Assembly: GCA_963739455.1 (NCBI GenBank)
Contig: CAVUAK010000001.1
Coordinates: forward strand, 1,248,001 to 1,312,000
DNA length: 64,000 nt
Source: an uncultured Gemmatimonadales bacterium
Lineage (GTDB): Bacteria; Gemmatimonadota; Gemmatimonadetes; Gemmatimonadales; GWC2-71-9
Direction of reading: 5' to 3'
Shown here: positions 1 through 10,583 of the stretch, in pieces
Numbering within the stretch: position 1 is the stretch's first letter
How the letters are laid out: the number at the start of each line of letters is the position of its first letter
Program-made: the position numbers and the translations under genes
Notes under the pieces: generated by a model
The model's database searches: none
Told to the model about the DNA's origin: nothing
The model's input: the letters and a program-made list of their open reading frames with translations, nothing else

Positions 1-261
1 GCCGCCATTCAGCCGGACGGAGTAGCGGCGGAAGGCCAGGTCCCAGCCGCTCGACGTCGACGGGTCGGCGATGGTCACCACCCCATCATCGGCGAAGCTG
101 AAATAGGTGAATGCGGTGTTGGAGCTGGCGTCGATCTCCAGCTCGCCTGCCTGCGGCGGCGGGGCGCTGGTGTCGCTCTCGCATGCGGCGAGGAAGAGCA
201 GGGTGGCGAGGGCGGGTGCCACGAAACGGGCACGGCGCGCGGTATGACTCTGCGTCATCAT
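1..261 (-). CDS. HmuY-family (heme/metal-porphyrin-binding) lipoprotein, N-terminal part; runs off the window start
   Basis: My translation: MMTQSHTARRARFVAPALATLLFLAAC (lipobox) ...IDASSNTAFTYFSF...WDLAFRRYSVRLNGG, matching the HmuY WDLAF-RY-x3-NGG pattern. Absent from the ORF track because it has no stop in the window. Confidence 0.75.
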   Translation of the reverse strand, partial: MMTQSHTARRARFVAPALATLLFLAACESDTSAPPPQAGELEIDASSNTAFTYFSFADDGVVTIADPSTSSGWDLAFRRYSVRLNGG

Positions 262-450
262 GAGGTAATCCATGGAAGGATCAGGGTGATTGCTGGAGCG
301 GCGAAGGTAGGGCGGGGCACCCGGTCACAACAATTCGGATGGATACGGGCACGGAGTGGGGAGAACTACGGAACTGCGGGAGGCGGGACGAGGGAAGCGG
401 GCTCGTTGCATCCGCAGCTATTCAGCGCTAAGTCTTCCTCAGGCCATTTC

Positions 451-1143
451 ATGAGGGCTGCTGCCATAGTACGAGAAGACGTTGCTCGCGAGCCGCTCAG
501 CCGCTCGGTTGAGGACTATCTCAAGGCCATCTATCACCTCTCCGAGGACGGTCGGCCTGCGTCCACCAGCCAGATCGCCGAGGCGCTGTCACTCGCGCCG
601 CCCTCGGTGAGCGGCATGGTGAAGCGGCTTTCCGAACTCGGGCTCCTGACACATGAGCCATATCGCGGGGCCACGCTCACGGCCGAGGGCCGCCATGAGG
701 CGGTCCGGGTGATCCGGCGGCACCGCCTCATCGAGGCCTACCTGGTCGGGTTCCTGGCCTATACCTGGGACAGCGTGCACCAGGAGGCGGAGCGACTCGA
801 GCACGCCGTGTCCGACGAGCTGGTGGAGCGGATGGCGGTGGCTCTCGGCCATCCTACAGTCGATCCGCATGGTGACCCGATACCCGACGTCCATGGTGCC
901 GTGGCTCGGCCCAAGCTGACTCCACTGGCCGAGGTGGATTCGGGGAACAACGCGGAGATCCGTCGGGTGGATACGAGTGACGCCGAGCGGCTTCGTTACC
1001 TGGCGGGGGCGGGGCTGGTGCTGGGGGCGCGGGTGCGGGTGCTCGAGCGGGAACCGTTCAGCGGGCCGATTACACTCGAGGTGTCAGGCCGGAGCCAGGT
1101 GCTGGCGTTCGACCTGGCCAAGCTGGTGTACTGCTCGGTGTAG
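451..1143 (+). CDS. DtxR/MntR-family metal-dependent repressor with C-terminal FeoA/SH3 domain
   Basis: EDYLKAIY, wHTH, RRHRLIE, EAERLEH and DPHGDPIP motifs; ATG 451 preferred to the ORF-track start. Confidence 0.92.
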   Translation: MRAAAIVREDVAREPLSRSVEDYLKAIYHLSEDGRPASTSQIAEALSLAPPSVSGMVKRLSELGLLTHEPYRGATLTAEGRHEAVRVIRRHRLIEAYLVGFLAYTWDSVHQEAERLEHAVSDELVERMAVALGHPTVDPHGDPIPDVHGAVARPKLTPLAEVDSGNNAEIRRVDTSDAERLRYLAGAGLVLGARVRVLEREPFSGPITLEVSGRSQVLAFDLAKLVYCSV

Positions 1144-1174
1144 AACAACGGGAACTGGGAACAGGGAACAGGTA

Positions 1175-2248
1175 TCAGGGTTCGGCGGCCAGCGCGTTCT
1201 TGATGTGATCGATGGACGCGATGGTGTAGGGATTTACCTCATTCAGCGCCGCCAGATAGAGCGACACGAAGTCTCCCAGGAGTGCCAGGCTCAGCATCTT
1301 CGCCAGCAGCGTCGAACCACTCGCCTTCACTCGATATGCCTGGCCCGCCCGCGTCACCAGATCAAGCGTTACCTTCGCCCGCAGCTTCATCCGGTCACTC
1401 TCGGCTCCATCCTCCAGCAGCAGCGCCACCCACTGCCTCACGCCGAGCCGCGCAGTTCCTTCCCATCCCAGGATCTCGTTGTGGTTCATCTCCGGCAGCG
1501 CATGCGCAAAGATGTGCTGCTTGGCGTTCTCGTTGATCTGTCCCTTCCATCGTCCGGCAACGACGGCCTGCCAGCCACCGAGTCCGTAGATCACCCCGAG
1601 GGCGCCATGGAGCGCGATCGCGAGACGCTTGGCCTCGTTCGCACCGGTGGGCGACTCGGCCTGCCACGACTTGCCGGCGGCCTCCATTTCGCCGGCGGCG
1701 CCGGCAACGTCCTGTGCCGGAAGCAGTCCGAGCTTCGCTGACGCCACCAGGACGGGCACGAGCATGAATCCCATGGCGGTGCGGGGCGGCTGGCCACCGG
1801 GGATGGTGACGATCGGTACGTGATCAGCGGCAGCGCGGCGGGCGAGCTCACCGCCGCTCGTCACCGCGACAATGCGCGCCCCGCGCTGGCGGGCGTCCGC
1901 ATACGCCGAGAGGGTCTCTTCGGTGTTGCCGGAATAGCTGGTGGCAAAGACCAGCGTGTCGGGGCCCACATATCCCGGGAGCAAGTAGTCGCGGTTTACA
2001 GTGAACGGCACCCTGGCCTGGGCCTCGAAAAGCGCCCGGGCAAAATCTCCCCCGGCCGCCGACCCCCCCAGCCCGGTGAGCACGACCTGCCTAACCCCGG
2101 TCGCGTCCAGGCTGATTGGGGTTGCCTCCGCAATCCGAAGAGCCGCGCGGCACTGGGCCGGAAAGCCGACCGCCAGGGCGTACATCCCTTTCGGGTCGCG
2201 GCTGGTGACGAACGCGGGATTGTCGAGCAGGGCATTCACCGAAGACAT
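1175..2248 (-). CDS. Bifunctional phosphoglucose/phosphomannose isomerase
   Basis: SIS motifs GLGGSA, SYSGNTEET, GQPPR, QINENAK, PEMNHNE. Confidence 0.9.
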   Translation of the reverse strand: MSSVNALLDNPAFVTSRDPKGMYALAVGFPAQCRAALRIAEATPISLDATGVRQVVLTGLGGSAAGGDFARALFEAQARVPFTVNRDYLLPGYVGPDTLVFATSYSGNTEETLSAYADARQRGARIVAVTSGGELARRAAADHVPIVTIPGGQPPRTAMGFMLVPVLVASAKLGLLPAQDVAGAAGEMEAAGKSWQAESPTGANEAKRLAIALHGALGVIYGLGGWQAVVAGRWKGQINENAKQHIFAHALPEMNHNEILGWEGTARLGVRQWVALLLEDGAESDRMKLRAKVTLDLVTRAGQAYRVKASGSTLLAKMLSLALLGDFVSLYLAALNEVNPYTIASIDHIKNALAAEP

Positions 2249-2321
2249 GGAAACTCGCCTGTGATGGTGGCTTGGGATCGCTCCAAGTCTAGCGAGTTGG
2301 CGCCCGGCAGCCATCCGGGCC

Positions 2322-2351
2322 TTGACAATTAGGCTTGCCTAATATTAGAGT
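2322..2351 (+). promoter_or_regulatory. Sigma70-type promoter of mntH with a DtxR/MntR-type operator in the spacer
   Basis: TTGACA at 2322-2327, palindrome ATTAGGC-TT-GCCTAAT at 2328-2343, TAGAGT at 2346-2351. Confidence 0.8.
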
Positions 2352-2423
2352 GTCGGCAGCCTATAAAGCACCGTATCACCACTGTTGAGCCCCGGTTGAG
2401 GGCTCAACTCGAGGTTTGAACTG

Positions 2424-3779
2424 ATGTCCGTGGCCACCAAGCCCCTTCCCGAGGTACCTGCCTGGCGCTTCCCGCGCCTGCGGCCATCGCTGCCGGAGGC
2501 GCATCGTACCGTTGCCGTTCCGGTCGGTGCCAGCGTGTGGCGGAAGGTGCTGGCGTTCGCGGGTCCGGGATACATGGTGGCGGTGGGGTACATGGACCCC
2601 GGCAACTGGGCGACGGACATCGCCGGCGGATCCAAGTTCGGCTACACGCTCCTGAGCGTGGTCCTGCTCTCCAACCTGATGGCAATCCTGCTGCAGTCGC
2701 TGGCGCTCAGGCTGGGGCTGGTCACCGGTCGCGACCTGGCCCAGGCATGCCGCGATCACTATTCACGGCGGGTCAGCTTCGTTCTCTGGGTCCTCTGCGA
2801 AATCGCCATCGCTGCCTGTGACCTCGCAGAGGTAATCGGCTCGGCGGTTGCCCTCAACCTCCTGTTCGGCATTCCGCTGGTGTGGGGCGTCGTGCTCACC
2901 GCGGCCGATGTGCTGCTCATCCTGCTGCTGCAGCAACGCGGCTTCCGCTGGCTCGAGGCGTTCATCATCGCGCTCATCGCGATCATCGGCGTCTGCTTCA
3001 TGGCTGAATTGCTGCTGGCCAAGCCTGCGATCGGCGCGGTCATGGCGGGGTTCATTCCCCGGACCGAGATCGTCACCAATCCGGTGATGCTCTACATCGC
3101 CATCGGCATCCTGGGTGCGACGGTGATGCCGCACAACCTGTACCTCCACTCTGCGATCGTGCAGACCCGCGACGTGGCCGACAACCCGGCGGCCACCAAG
3201 GAGGCGATCAAGTACGCCTCCATCGACTCCACGCTGGCGCTGCTCTTCGCCTTCTTCATCAACGCCGCGATCCTGATCCTGTCGGCGGCGGCATTCCACA
3301 CCACCGGCAACACCGAGGTGGCGGACATCAACGATGCCCATCGCCTGCTCACGCCGCTGCTGGGCACCACGGCGGCGGGCATCCTCTTCGCGGTGGCACT
3401 GCTGGCGTCGGGCCAGAACTCCACGATTACCGGGACGCTGGCCGGCCAGATCGTCATGGAGGGATTCCTCGACATCCGGTTGCCGCCCTGGCTCCGGCGG
3501 CTCATCACCCGGCTGATCGCCATCGTGCCGGCGGTGATCGTCACCGCGATGTATGGTGAGCGTGGCATCGGCGCGCTGCTGATCCTGAGCCAGGTGATCC
3601 TGAGCCTGCAGCTCTCGTTCGCGGTGATTCCCCTCGTCATCTTCACCAGCGACAAGCGGAAGATGGGCGCGTTCGCAAATGGCCCACTGCTCAAGGCCGC
3701 CGCGTGGGTGGTGGCCCTGGTCATTGCGGGGCTCAATGCGTGGCTGCTCGTCGGCACCGTTCGCAGCTGGGTCGCGTAG
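2424..3779 (+). CDS. mntH: Nramp-family Mn2+/Fe2+ transporter
   Basis: [29 protein letters not shown] and GQIVMEGF motifs; GAGG RBS upstream. Confidence 0.96.
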   Translation: MSVATKPLPEVPAWRFPRLRPSLPEAHRTVAVPVGASVWRKVLAFAGPGYMVAVGYMDPGNWATDIAGGSKFGYTLLSVVLLSNLMAILLQSLALRLGLVTGRDLAQACRDHYSRRVSFVLWVLCEIAIAACDLAEVIGSAVALNLLFGIPLVWGVVLTAADVLLILLLQQRGFRWLEAFIIALIAIIGVCFMAELLLAKPAIGAVMAGFIPRTEIVTNPVMLYIAIGILGATVMPHNLYLHSAIVQTRDVADNPAATKEAIKYASIDSTLALLFAFFINAAILILSAAAFHTTGNTEVADINDAHRLLTPLLGTTAAGILFAVALLASGQNSTITGTLAGQIVMEGFLDIRLPPWLRRLITRLIAIVPAVIVTAMYGERGIGALLILSQVILSLQLSFAVIPLVIFTSDKRKMGAFANGPLLKAAAWVVALVIAGLNAWLLVGTVRSWVA

Positions 3780-4647
3780 GCGCGCCACGCGCGCGCTGAT
3801 CGCCTCGCTCCTCTTCGTCGCCATCTCCCCCATCAGGGGAGATGCACAGCAGGTCGCCTCTCCCTCCAAGAGCCAGTACAACCTCTTCCATCGCACGCCA
3901 CGCGACCTGCGCCGGCCGCTCACCACCGACCGCCCCGACCGCACCGAGAGTCCCTACACCGTCGATGCCGGGCTCTTCCAGGTGGAGATCGACGTCTTCA
4001 CCTACGGCGTGGATGCGTCGGAGGACGGGCAGCCAGGGGTCACAGGCAACTCATACGCCGTCATGCCGTTCAACATGAAGGCGGGCTTGCTCCACAACGT
4101 GGACCTGCAGGTCGTGCTCGAGACATGGGCGTGGAAGCAGGAGACAATCGACGGTGTGGTGGAGCGCCAGCGCGGACTCGGCGCGGTTTCGGTGCGTACG
4201 AAGATCAACCTCTGGGGAAATGACGCAGGACGGACCGCGTTCGCTGTGATGCCCTACGTCGCGTTCGTGGCGGACCCCGGTTCTCCCCGGCGGGTCGTGA
4301 ACGGGGGCGTGATCCTCCCGCTCAGGGTGGACCTCGGTGCGGGATGGGGCATCGGGACGATGCTGCAGTTCGAGGTGGCGCACGACGTCGCCGACGCACC
4401 GCGGAAGGTGGCGATGATCGGATCAGCGTCGATAGGCCGGAGCATCACCGGTCCGCTCTCGTTCTTCGTGGAACTGTATGGCGGGACGGTGCTCGCCGAT
4501 GAAACGAGTGCCTGGGAAGGCACCGGCGATGTCGGACTCACGCTGGGGATAGGGCCCAACGTGCAGGTCGACGCTGGCGTGAATCTTGGATTTACCCGGC
4601 TGGCCGAGGACGTCCACCCCTTCCTCGGCCTGTCGGTACGCTTCTAG
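3736..4647 (+). CDS. Outer-membrane beta-barrel 'transporter' (Phenol_MetA_deg-like); start uncertain
   Basis: Signal-like segment, [17 protein letters not shown] motif, amphipathic strands, C-terminal Phe (GLSVRF). Confidence 0.7.
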   Translation: MRGCSSAPFAAGSRRRATRALIASLLFVAISPIRGDAQQVASPSKSQYNLFHRTPRDLRRPLTTDRPDRTESPYTVDAGLFQVEIDVFTYGVDASEDGQPGVTGNSYAVMPFNMKAGLLHNVDLQVVLETWAWKQETIDGVVERQRGLGAVSVRTKINLWGNDAGRTAFAVMPYVAFVADPGSPRRVVNGGVILPLRVDLGAGWGIGTMLQFEVAHDVADAPRKVAMIGSASIGRSITGPLSFFVELYGGTVLADETSAWEGTGDVGLTLGIGPNVQVDAGVNLGFTRLAEDVHPFLGLSVRF

Positions 4648-5517
4648 TTGCCGGCGACGCCCCGGTTCACCACGATCGTCACCACGACCCTGCGGTTCTC
4701 GGCCTGACCCTCGACGGTGGCATTGCTCGCCGCCGGGTGTGAGGCGCCCATTGCCGCGGGTGCCAGCATGCGGTAGAGCGGCACGTTGCCCGTCTGCTCG
4801 AGGAACTCGATGACGTTCTGGGCCCGCTCGTCGGTGAGCTTGTCATTGATTGCGGCGTTGCCGGTCGCGCTGGCGTAGCCGGCGACCTGCACCAGGTACC
4901 CATTGATGCCCTTCGTCTTCGCTGCCAGCGCCGCGAGGTCACTCTTCCCCTTCGCATCGATGACACTGCTGCCGTTGGCGAAGTAGACGGTGGCCGTGGC
5001 CTTTACGTCGTAATTCCCCATGTTGTTCATGCGGTTCTTGAGTGAATCCTCGCCGGCCGCATTGGCGGCGACGCCCTGTGCGTTCTTGGCGATGGCCTGC
5101 TGGTTGGCACGAGATGGCCGCAGCGTTGGCACCGGCCTGTTGCGCAGTGGGATTCACCCCTCCGGCGATCTCGCTGGCGGTGGTCATGTCTCCGGCAGAG
5201 AACTTGACGGTGGTGGCCACGACGGAATTATTCGGGCCCGGCGTGCCATCGACCTCGACCTTGAGGCCGGGGATGAGGCTCGTCATGGCCATCGACGACT
5301 TCTTGAGCTTGAGGGCGCCCTTCTTCTCCTCAACCTTGGTGTCGTTGTTCAGGGTGACCGTGGTGGTGCCGGTGGCCGTGCGTACCATCATGTCGGCCCC
5401 GCTCCGGCCGGAAATGACGCCGCTGATCTTGGTGGGCTTCTGAGCCTGGCTCACCTGCGGCGCTGCCGTCAGTCCCGCCAGGGCCAGCAAGCCTGCAACT
5501 GCCAGAACCTTCCGCAT
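4644..5517 (-). CDS. OmpA-family protein with N-terminal DUF5666-like domain (indel near 5110)
   Basis: Signal peptide; C-terminal OmpA motifs VYFANGS, GYASATG, ENRRV in a second frame. Confidence 0.8.
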
Positions 5518-5642
5518 ACATCCCCTCCCGAATTTTGCGCCTTGAGCGAGTTCCCTTGGGGGCGAATCTACGTCTCACGGGCCGGGCGGCAAGTTTGATC
5601 GTGGAGTTCCTGTGGCGCGTGACGGTGCGCTAGCTTTACGGC

Positions 5643-6041
5643 ATGACAGACTCGACGCCGGAACTCGGCCGCCAGCTCATCGACACCTTCGGCCGCGGCT
5701 GGTCGAAATTGCGGGTAGACCTCATCGCCGCGGCGTTTGCGCCCGACGCCGTGTTCGTGGAGACCCCCTTCTCCGAGCCGGTCCGCGGGCTCGATGAGAT
5801 CAAGAAGTACTGGGCTGACGTGCCCTATCATCAGTCGGAGGTGACCTTCACCTCGGGCGAGATCTTCGCGGTGGGCCCCTGGTTCAGCACCGAGTTCAAG
5901 TGCGTCTTCCGCCGCCGCCGCACCGGCGAGTGGGTGGATGCGCGTGGCGCGCTCTTCTGCGAAACGGCGAACGGGTTGATTACGGAAATGCGGATGTACT
6001 GGCACCGATGGAGCGGAGGTCGCGACACCAGCAAGCCGTGA
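5643..6041 (+). CDS. NTF2/SnoaL-like protein
   Basis: FAPDAVFVETPF...RGLDEI, C-terminal GLITEMRMYW. Confidence 0.75.
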   Translation: MTDSTPELGRQLIDTFGRGWSKLRVDLIAAAFAPDAVFVETPFSEPVRGLDEIKKYWADVPYHQSEVTFTSGEIFAVGPWFSTEFKCVFRRRRTGEWVDARGALFCETANGLITEMRMYWHRWSGGRDTSKP

Positions 6042-6083
6042 TTGCGTCCGAGGCGGTGGGACACCGATCCGACGCCTGCAACA

Positions 6084-6129
6084 CAACTCCTTCCAATTAC
6101 AATGAGTTACATAGCGGCACATAAGTAGC
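6084..6129 (+). promoter_or_regulatory. Candidate sigma54 promoter with upstream AT-rich IHF-like site
   Basis: GG-N10-GC (GGCACATAAGTAGC, 6116-6129) preceded by AACTCCTTCCAATTACAATGAGTT. Confidence 0.45.
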
Positions 6130-6198
6130 AATATGCCCTCGGGTTCGCCGGCTGCAGTCCTCTGCCGGGTTCACCGCTGACAGAATTTCGAGGGCACC

Positions 6199-7755
6199 AT
6201 GTACTACCCGATCCTGTTGTCCATGATCGCCGGCGCCGCTGGCGTGCCGGCAGGCAATCCCGAGCCCACCATTCGCGTCACGCTCAACAATGAGGGGCAG
6301 TACCTCCCGGGCGACCGATCCAAGGTGCAGGTCATCACGCGCGATGATGGCTACCTCCTCGTATTCCAGCTCGATCCAGACGGCCACTTGCGGGTGCTCT
6401 TCCCGCTCGATCCCACCGACGACAACTACGTGCGGGGCGGCAAGCGCTACCTGCTGCTCGGTCGTGGTGGTCGCGAGGGGTTCACGGTAGACGCGCCCGG
6501 AAGCGGTGTGGTGTTCGCGGCGGTGTCGCTCGATCCGTGGCGCTTCAACGGATACACGCAGAACGATCACTGGGACTCCCGCGCGCTCAATACGGTGGTC
6601 TACGACGATCCCGAGCCGCAACTGGTGGACGTGGCCCAGGCGATGGCCGGCGGCCGGTTCGACTATGACATCGTGGGTTACGCGGTCGCGTCGCCTGCCG
6701 CAGCTGCTTCCAATGGCGGTGGTGGCTCAGCCAGCGTCGGCGCAATCGACGGCTGCCTTGGTTGTGGCGGCGTCACGGTCGTGAATGCATGGGGCCTCTA
6801 CGATCCATGGGGCTGGAATGCCGGCTGGGGCTGGAACGCTGGTTGGGGTCCCGGTTGGGGACCGGGCTGGGGCCCTGGCTGGGGGCCCGCCTGGGGTTGG
6901 AATGTTGGCTGGGGCTGGAACGCCGGCTGGGGCTGGGGTCCTGGGTGGGGGCCGGGCTGGGGCTGGAACAACGGCTGCTGCTGGAATGCGGGTTGGGGTC
7001 CGCCTGTGGCGGTTCCATTCACGCCCTATCAGCAGAAGGCGTGGAACCGGCAGTGGAGCGGGTCGCCGGTGCCGTACCGGCCGCGTGGAGCGATGGGCTT
7101 TACCGCGACGAATACCGTGGCTGGCGTGGTGCCAGGGATCGGCGTGGCGCGGCATGTGAGCTTCCGCGATCGCACCTCGGTGGACGTAATGGTTCCAGTT
7201 CCGTCGTCGCGGAGCGCACCGGTGCTGCGAGGCAGCTCGGGTAAGTCCAGTAATACTGGCAACTCGAGCGAGGGCGGGCGGCGTCGCGATGCAGCGCCGG
7301 CCAACCGTGTCGAGGCGCGCCCGTCCCGTCCGGCAGCCCAGCGTCCGACGGTGGTGGCTACCTCGACGCCTATTGAAGGCGGCTCGTCCCCTGAGCGCAG
7401 GATGCCAATGCCGAGTGAGCAGCCGAGCGAGCCCAGGGCGGTGCCGGTACTGCGAGAGGCACCTGAAGCGACTGCGCCGGCCAAGGCCAGTGGTGAACAG
7501 AAGGGCTCAGAGCCAGTGCTGCGCCGCCGGGAGGTGGAACAGCCCACCGCGGTCGCACCGGCGCCGCGACAGGAGACACGGCAGGAGAGCAGCGCACAGC
7601 CGAGCCGAGCGCCCGATCGCGCAGCCAGTAGCTCGCCGGCGACGAGCCAGCGATCGCAGGGATCGTCGGGTGGTGGGAGTAGTGCAGGTGGCGGCCGGTC
7701 GGCCCCGGCTTCATCGGCCGCGCCATCAGCGGCCGCTAGCGGGCGGCGGCGCTAG
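6199..7755 (+). CDS. Secreted DUF4384-domain protein with Gly-Trp repeats and disordered tail
   Basis: Signal peptide; DGYLLVFQLDPDGHLRVLFP (DUF4384-like); WGWNAG/WGPG repeats; low-complexity S/A/P/R C-terminus. Confidence 0.7.
   Translation: MYYPILLSMIAGAAGVPAGNPEPTIRVTLNNEGQYLPGDRSKVQVITRDDGYLLVFQLDPDGHLRVLFPLDPTDDNYVRGGKRYLLLGRGGREGFTVDAPGSGVVFAAVSLDPWRFNGYTQNDHWDSRALNTVVYDDPEPQLVDVAQAMAGGRFDYDIVGYAVASPAAAASNGGGGSASVGAIDGCLGCGGVTVVNAWGLYDPWGWNAGWGWNAGWGPGWGPGWGPGWGPAWGWNVGWGWNAGWGWGPGWGPGWGWNNGCCWNAGWGPPVAVPFTPYQQKAWNRQWSGSPVPYRPRGAMGFTATNTVAGVVPGIGVARHVSFRDRTSVDVMVPVPSSRSAPVLRGSSGKSSNTGNSSEGGRRRDAAPANRVEARPSRPAAQRPTVVATSTPIEGGSSPERRMPMPSEQPSEPRAVPVLREAPEATAPAKASGEQKGSEPVLRRREVEQPTAVAPAPRQETRQESSAQPSRAPDRAASSSPATSQRSQGSSGGGSSAGGGRSAPASSAAPSAAASGRRR
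6807..7000 (+). repeat. Coding tandem repeats (12- and 18-nt units) encoding WGPG and WGWNAG
   Basis: Repeated tggggctggaa(t/c)gc(c/t)gg and tgggg(n)cc(n)gg units with synonymous variation. Confidence 0.85.
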
Positions 7756-7762
7756 CGAAGTT

Positions 7763-8227
7763 TCAGGTGGCGCGTTGGCGCCGGGTGTAGCCGAGGCCCC
7801 ATTCCATCAGCTCGGCGCTCCGGAGGCCAACGCGCATCGCGGCATCGACCGCGTCCTCTTCCTCCATTCCCCGGTCCAGCATCAGCACCGGGATCAGCGC
7901 GCCACCAACACGATTCCCGGAACCGCAGTGCACAAACACCGTCCGCTCGCCGGCTTCGGCGAGCGTCGTGCGCAGCGTCTGCAGGGTCGTGTCGCTCATG
8001 GTATGCGCACCGACCGGAATCAGCTTGTACTCCATGCCGAGTTCCCTCACCAGCGCCGGCTCATCAAATCCGCGCGGCTCCATCGCCTCGCGCATGTCCA
8101 CCACAATGGCGCTGCCGGTGGCTGCGAGGTCCTTGAGCTGCTGCGGTGTCGGCTGCCCACCGGTCACCACGGTGGGAAGAATCTGGCAGGCGTTGGGGAC
8201 GCCGTGAATGGCTTCGTATGGGGTCAT
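7763..8227 (-). CDS. DUF442/PTP-like phosphatase or sulfurtransferase domain protein
   Basis: GGQPT and HCGSGNR (Cx5R-like) motifs. Confidence 0.75.
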   Translation of the reverse strand: MTPYEAIHGVPNACQILPTVVTGGQPTPQQLKDLAATGSAIVVDMREAMEPRGFDEPALVRELGMEYKLIPVGAHTMSDTTLQTLRTTLAEAGERTVFVHCGSGNRVGGALIPVLMLDRGMEEEDAVDAAMRVGLRSAELMEWGLGYTRRQRAT

Positions 8228-8286
8228 GATGAACCAGTCGTCAGTCGTCGGTCGTCAGTGGTCAGTGAGTCGTGAGTCATCGAGAG

Positions 8287-8664
8287 TCAGTGCGGGAGCA
8301 ACTGTCTGGCGGTGAGCAGCCCGATCCAGGCGGCGGTTACTGAGAGCACAACGCTTGCGAGGACGTATGCCCCAGCGCGTCCCAGTTGACCACCCTCGAG
8401 AAGTGTCACGGTCTCGAAGCTGAAGGCGGAGAAGGTGGTAAAGCCACCGCAGAAACCGATTGCAAGAAAGGCACGGGCCTGGGGCGATACGGGGCCGCCG
8501 TCGACGGCGAGACCGACGACCGCACCCAGGATGAACGAGCCCAGGATGTTGATGAAGAGCGTGCCGAACGGAAAGGTGAAGCCGAACGCCTTGTGAATGA
8601 CCGGTCCCAGCAGGAAACGGCCGACACTGCCCAGTGCTCCGCCAAGTGCGACGAGCCAGATCAT
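8287..8664 (-). CDS. crcB: Fluoride efflux channel Fluc/CrcB
   Basis: GGALGSVGRF, GTLFINILGSF, GFCGGFTTFS. Confidence 0.95.
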   Translation of the reverse strand: MIWLVALGGALGSVGRFLLGPVIHKAFGFTFPFGTLFINILGSFILGAVVGLAVDGGPVSPQARAFLAIGFCGGFTTFSAFSFETVTLLEGGQLGRAGAYVLASVVLSVTAAWIGLLTARQLLPH

Positions 8665-8708
8665 GCGGCTAATCTAATGGGGGGTGGCAGCTTAGATTCC
8701 ACTGACCG

Positions 8709-10492
8709 ATGCTGACCGTCTCGCTGGCCCAGCTCCGGCCCCGCAAGGGCCGCTATGCCGAGAATCTTGCCCGGCTGGGCGAGATGTTCCGCGAGGCATC
8801 GCTCCTTCCCACACCGCCCGGCCTCATCATCGGCCCCGAGAGCGCGCTCACGGGATACTTCCTCGAGGGTGGTGTTCGCGAACTCGCCATCGAGGCGGAG
8901 AGGCTGTTCGACGACCTGGCCCGGGTGCACCGCGAAAGTGGTGCTGCCGACCTGGAAGTGGCGCTCGGCTTCTACGAGCGGCACAGCAATCACATCCACA
9001 ACTCCGCGCTCTATGCCTCGCTCGGCGGCAGCGACGCGGGCATCCGGCACGTGCACCGCAAGGTGTTCCTGCCCACCTACGGCGTGTTCGACGAGGAGCG
9101 CTTCGTCGCGGCCGGCGACCAGGTGCAGGCCTTCGACACGCGGTGGGGTCGCGCGGCATTGCTCATCTGCGAGGATGCGTGGCATTCCATCGTGCCCACG
9201 ATCGCGGCACTCGATGGCGCAGAGATGCTGATCGTGCCGAGTGCCAGCCCCGCGCGCGGACTGCAGCGGAATGGGGAGGATGATGAGCGTCCCGCAAGCA
9301 TCGGTCGCTGGGAGAGGATCATGCAGGACGTTGCGAGCGAGCACGGGCTGTACGTGGCGTTGACGCACCTGGTGGGATTCGAGGGCGGCAAGGCCTTCGT
9401 TGGCGGCTCGCTCATCGCGGGGCCGCGAGGGAACATCCTGGTCGAGGGCCCGGTGTTCGAGGAGGCGCTGGTGACGGTGTCGCTCGACCTCAGCGACATT
9501 GCCCGGGTGCGAGCCGAGATGCCGCTTTTGGCTGATCTCAAGACGCGGCTTCCGTCGCTGGCGCCCCAGCTGATGCGCGCGGCGTCACCCGCGGAGCCCG
9601 ATGCTGCGGAAGATGCGGTCGCGCCGTCGGCTCCCGCGCGGAGGCCCCGCGCAGCAGGCGTGCCGAACGTGACTGACGACGTACTCGACATCGACGCGCC
9701 GCTTGCGAAGCGCTGGCTGGTGGAGTTCCTGCGCGACGAGTTGACGAGACGCCGCGGATTCGAGAAGGCGGTGATCGGGCTGTCGGGCGGCGTGGACAGC
9801 GCGCTGGTGGCGTACCTTGCCGCTGAGGCGCTGGGGCCGGAGAACGTCACGGCCATCCGCATGCCATATCAGCGCGTCGAGCGCCGATAGCCTAGACCAT
9901 GCGCAACTGGTCATTGACGCACTCGGCATCGAGAGTCGCACCGTGGACATCTCCGCGGCTGTTGATGGAATGGTAGCGGCGATCGGTGACACCGACCCGG
10001 CGCGGAAGGGCAACATCATGGCGCGCTGCCGCATGATCGTGCTCTTCGACCTCTCGGCGAAGCTCAGAGGCACTGCCGCTGGGGACGGGCAACAAGAGCG
10101 AACGGCTGCTGGGGTACTTCACCTGGCACGCGGACGATTCGCCGCCGGTGAACCCGATCGGCGACCTGTACAAGACCCAGGTGTGGGCGCTGGCCAGGTA
10201 TGTCGGCGTTCCGGCCGCGATCGTGGACAAGCCTGCGACCGCCGACCTCATCCACGGCCAGACCGACGAGATCGATCTCGGCGTCTCATATGCGCGCGGC
10301 GACCGGATCCTGCACTTCCTGCTGAGTGGGTACACGCCCGAGGCGCTGGTCACGGCCGGTTTCACCGAGGCCGAGGTGGAGGCGGTACGTCGCCGGCTCG
10401 ACTCGACCCATTGGAAGCGGCGATTGCCGACGGTGGCGATGGTGAGCCAGACGGCGATCGGGGAGTGGTATTTGAGGCCGGTGGATTACTGA
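8709..10492 (+). CDS. nadE: Glutamine-dependent NAD+ synthetase (nitrilase + synthetase domains; indels near 9870 and 10070)
   Basis: [57 protein letters not shown] spread over three frames. Confidence 0.9.
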
Positions 10493-10583
10493 CGGTTAAG
10501 CGTTGAGGGTTGAGAGTTGGGAGTGACTCACTGCCCACCCACTGCTCCCAACTCTTAACTCCTAACCCTTGACGGCAACCGCC

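Noticed and set aside
244..450. N-terminal extension of the DtxR ORF
   Set aside because: Overlaps the divergent HmuY-like start and a purine-rich repeat-like spacer; family similarity begins only after ATG 451.
6807..7000. CRISPR-like array
   Set aside because: Repeats are 12/18-nt in-frame coding units without unique spacers; no CRISPR array was seen anywhere in the window.
8665..8708. Fluoride riboswitch upstream of crcB
   Set aside because: Only 44 nt and no match to the consensus; the AATCTA/TAGATT inverted pair is better read as two divergent -10 elements.
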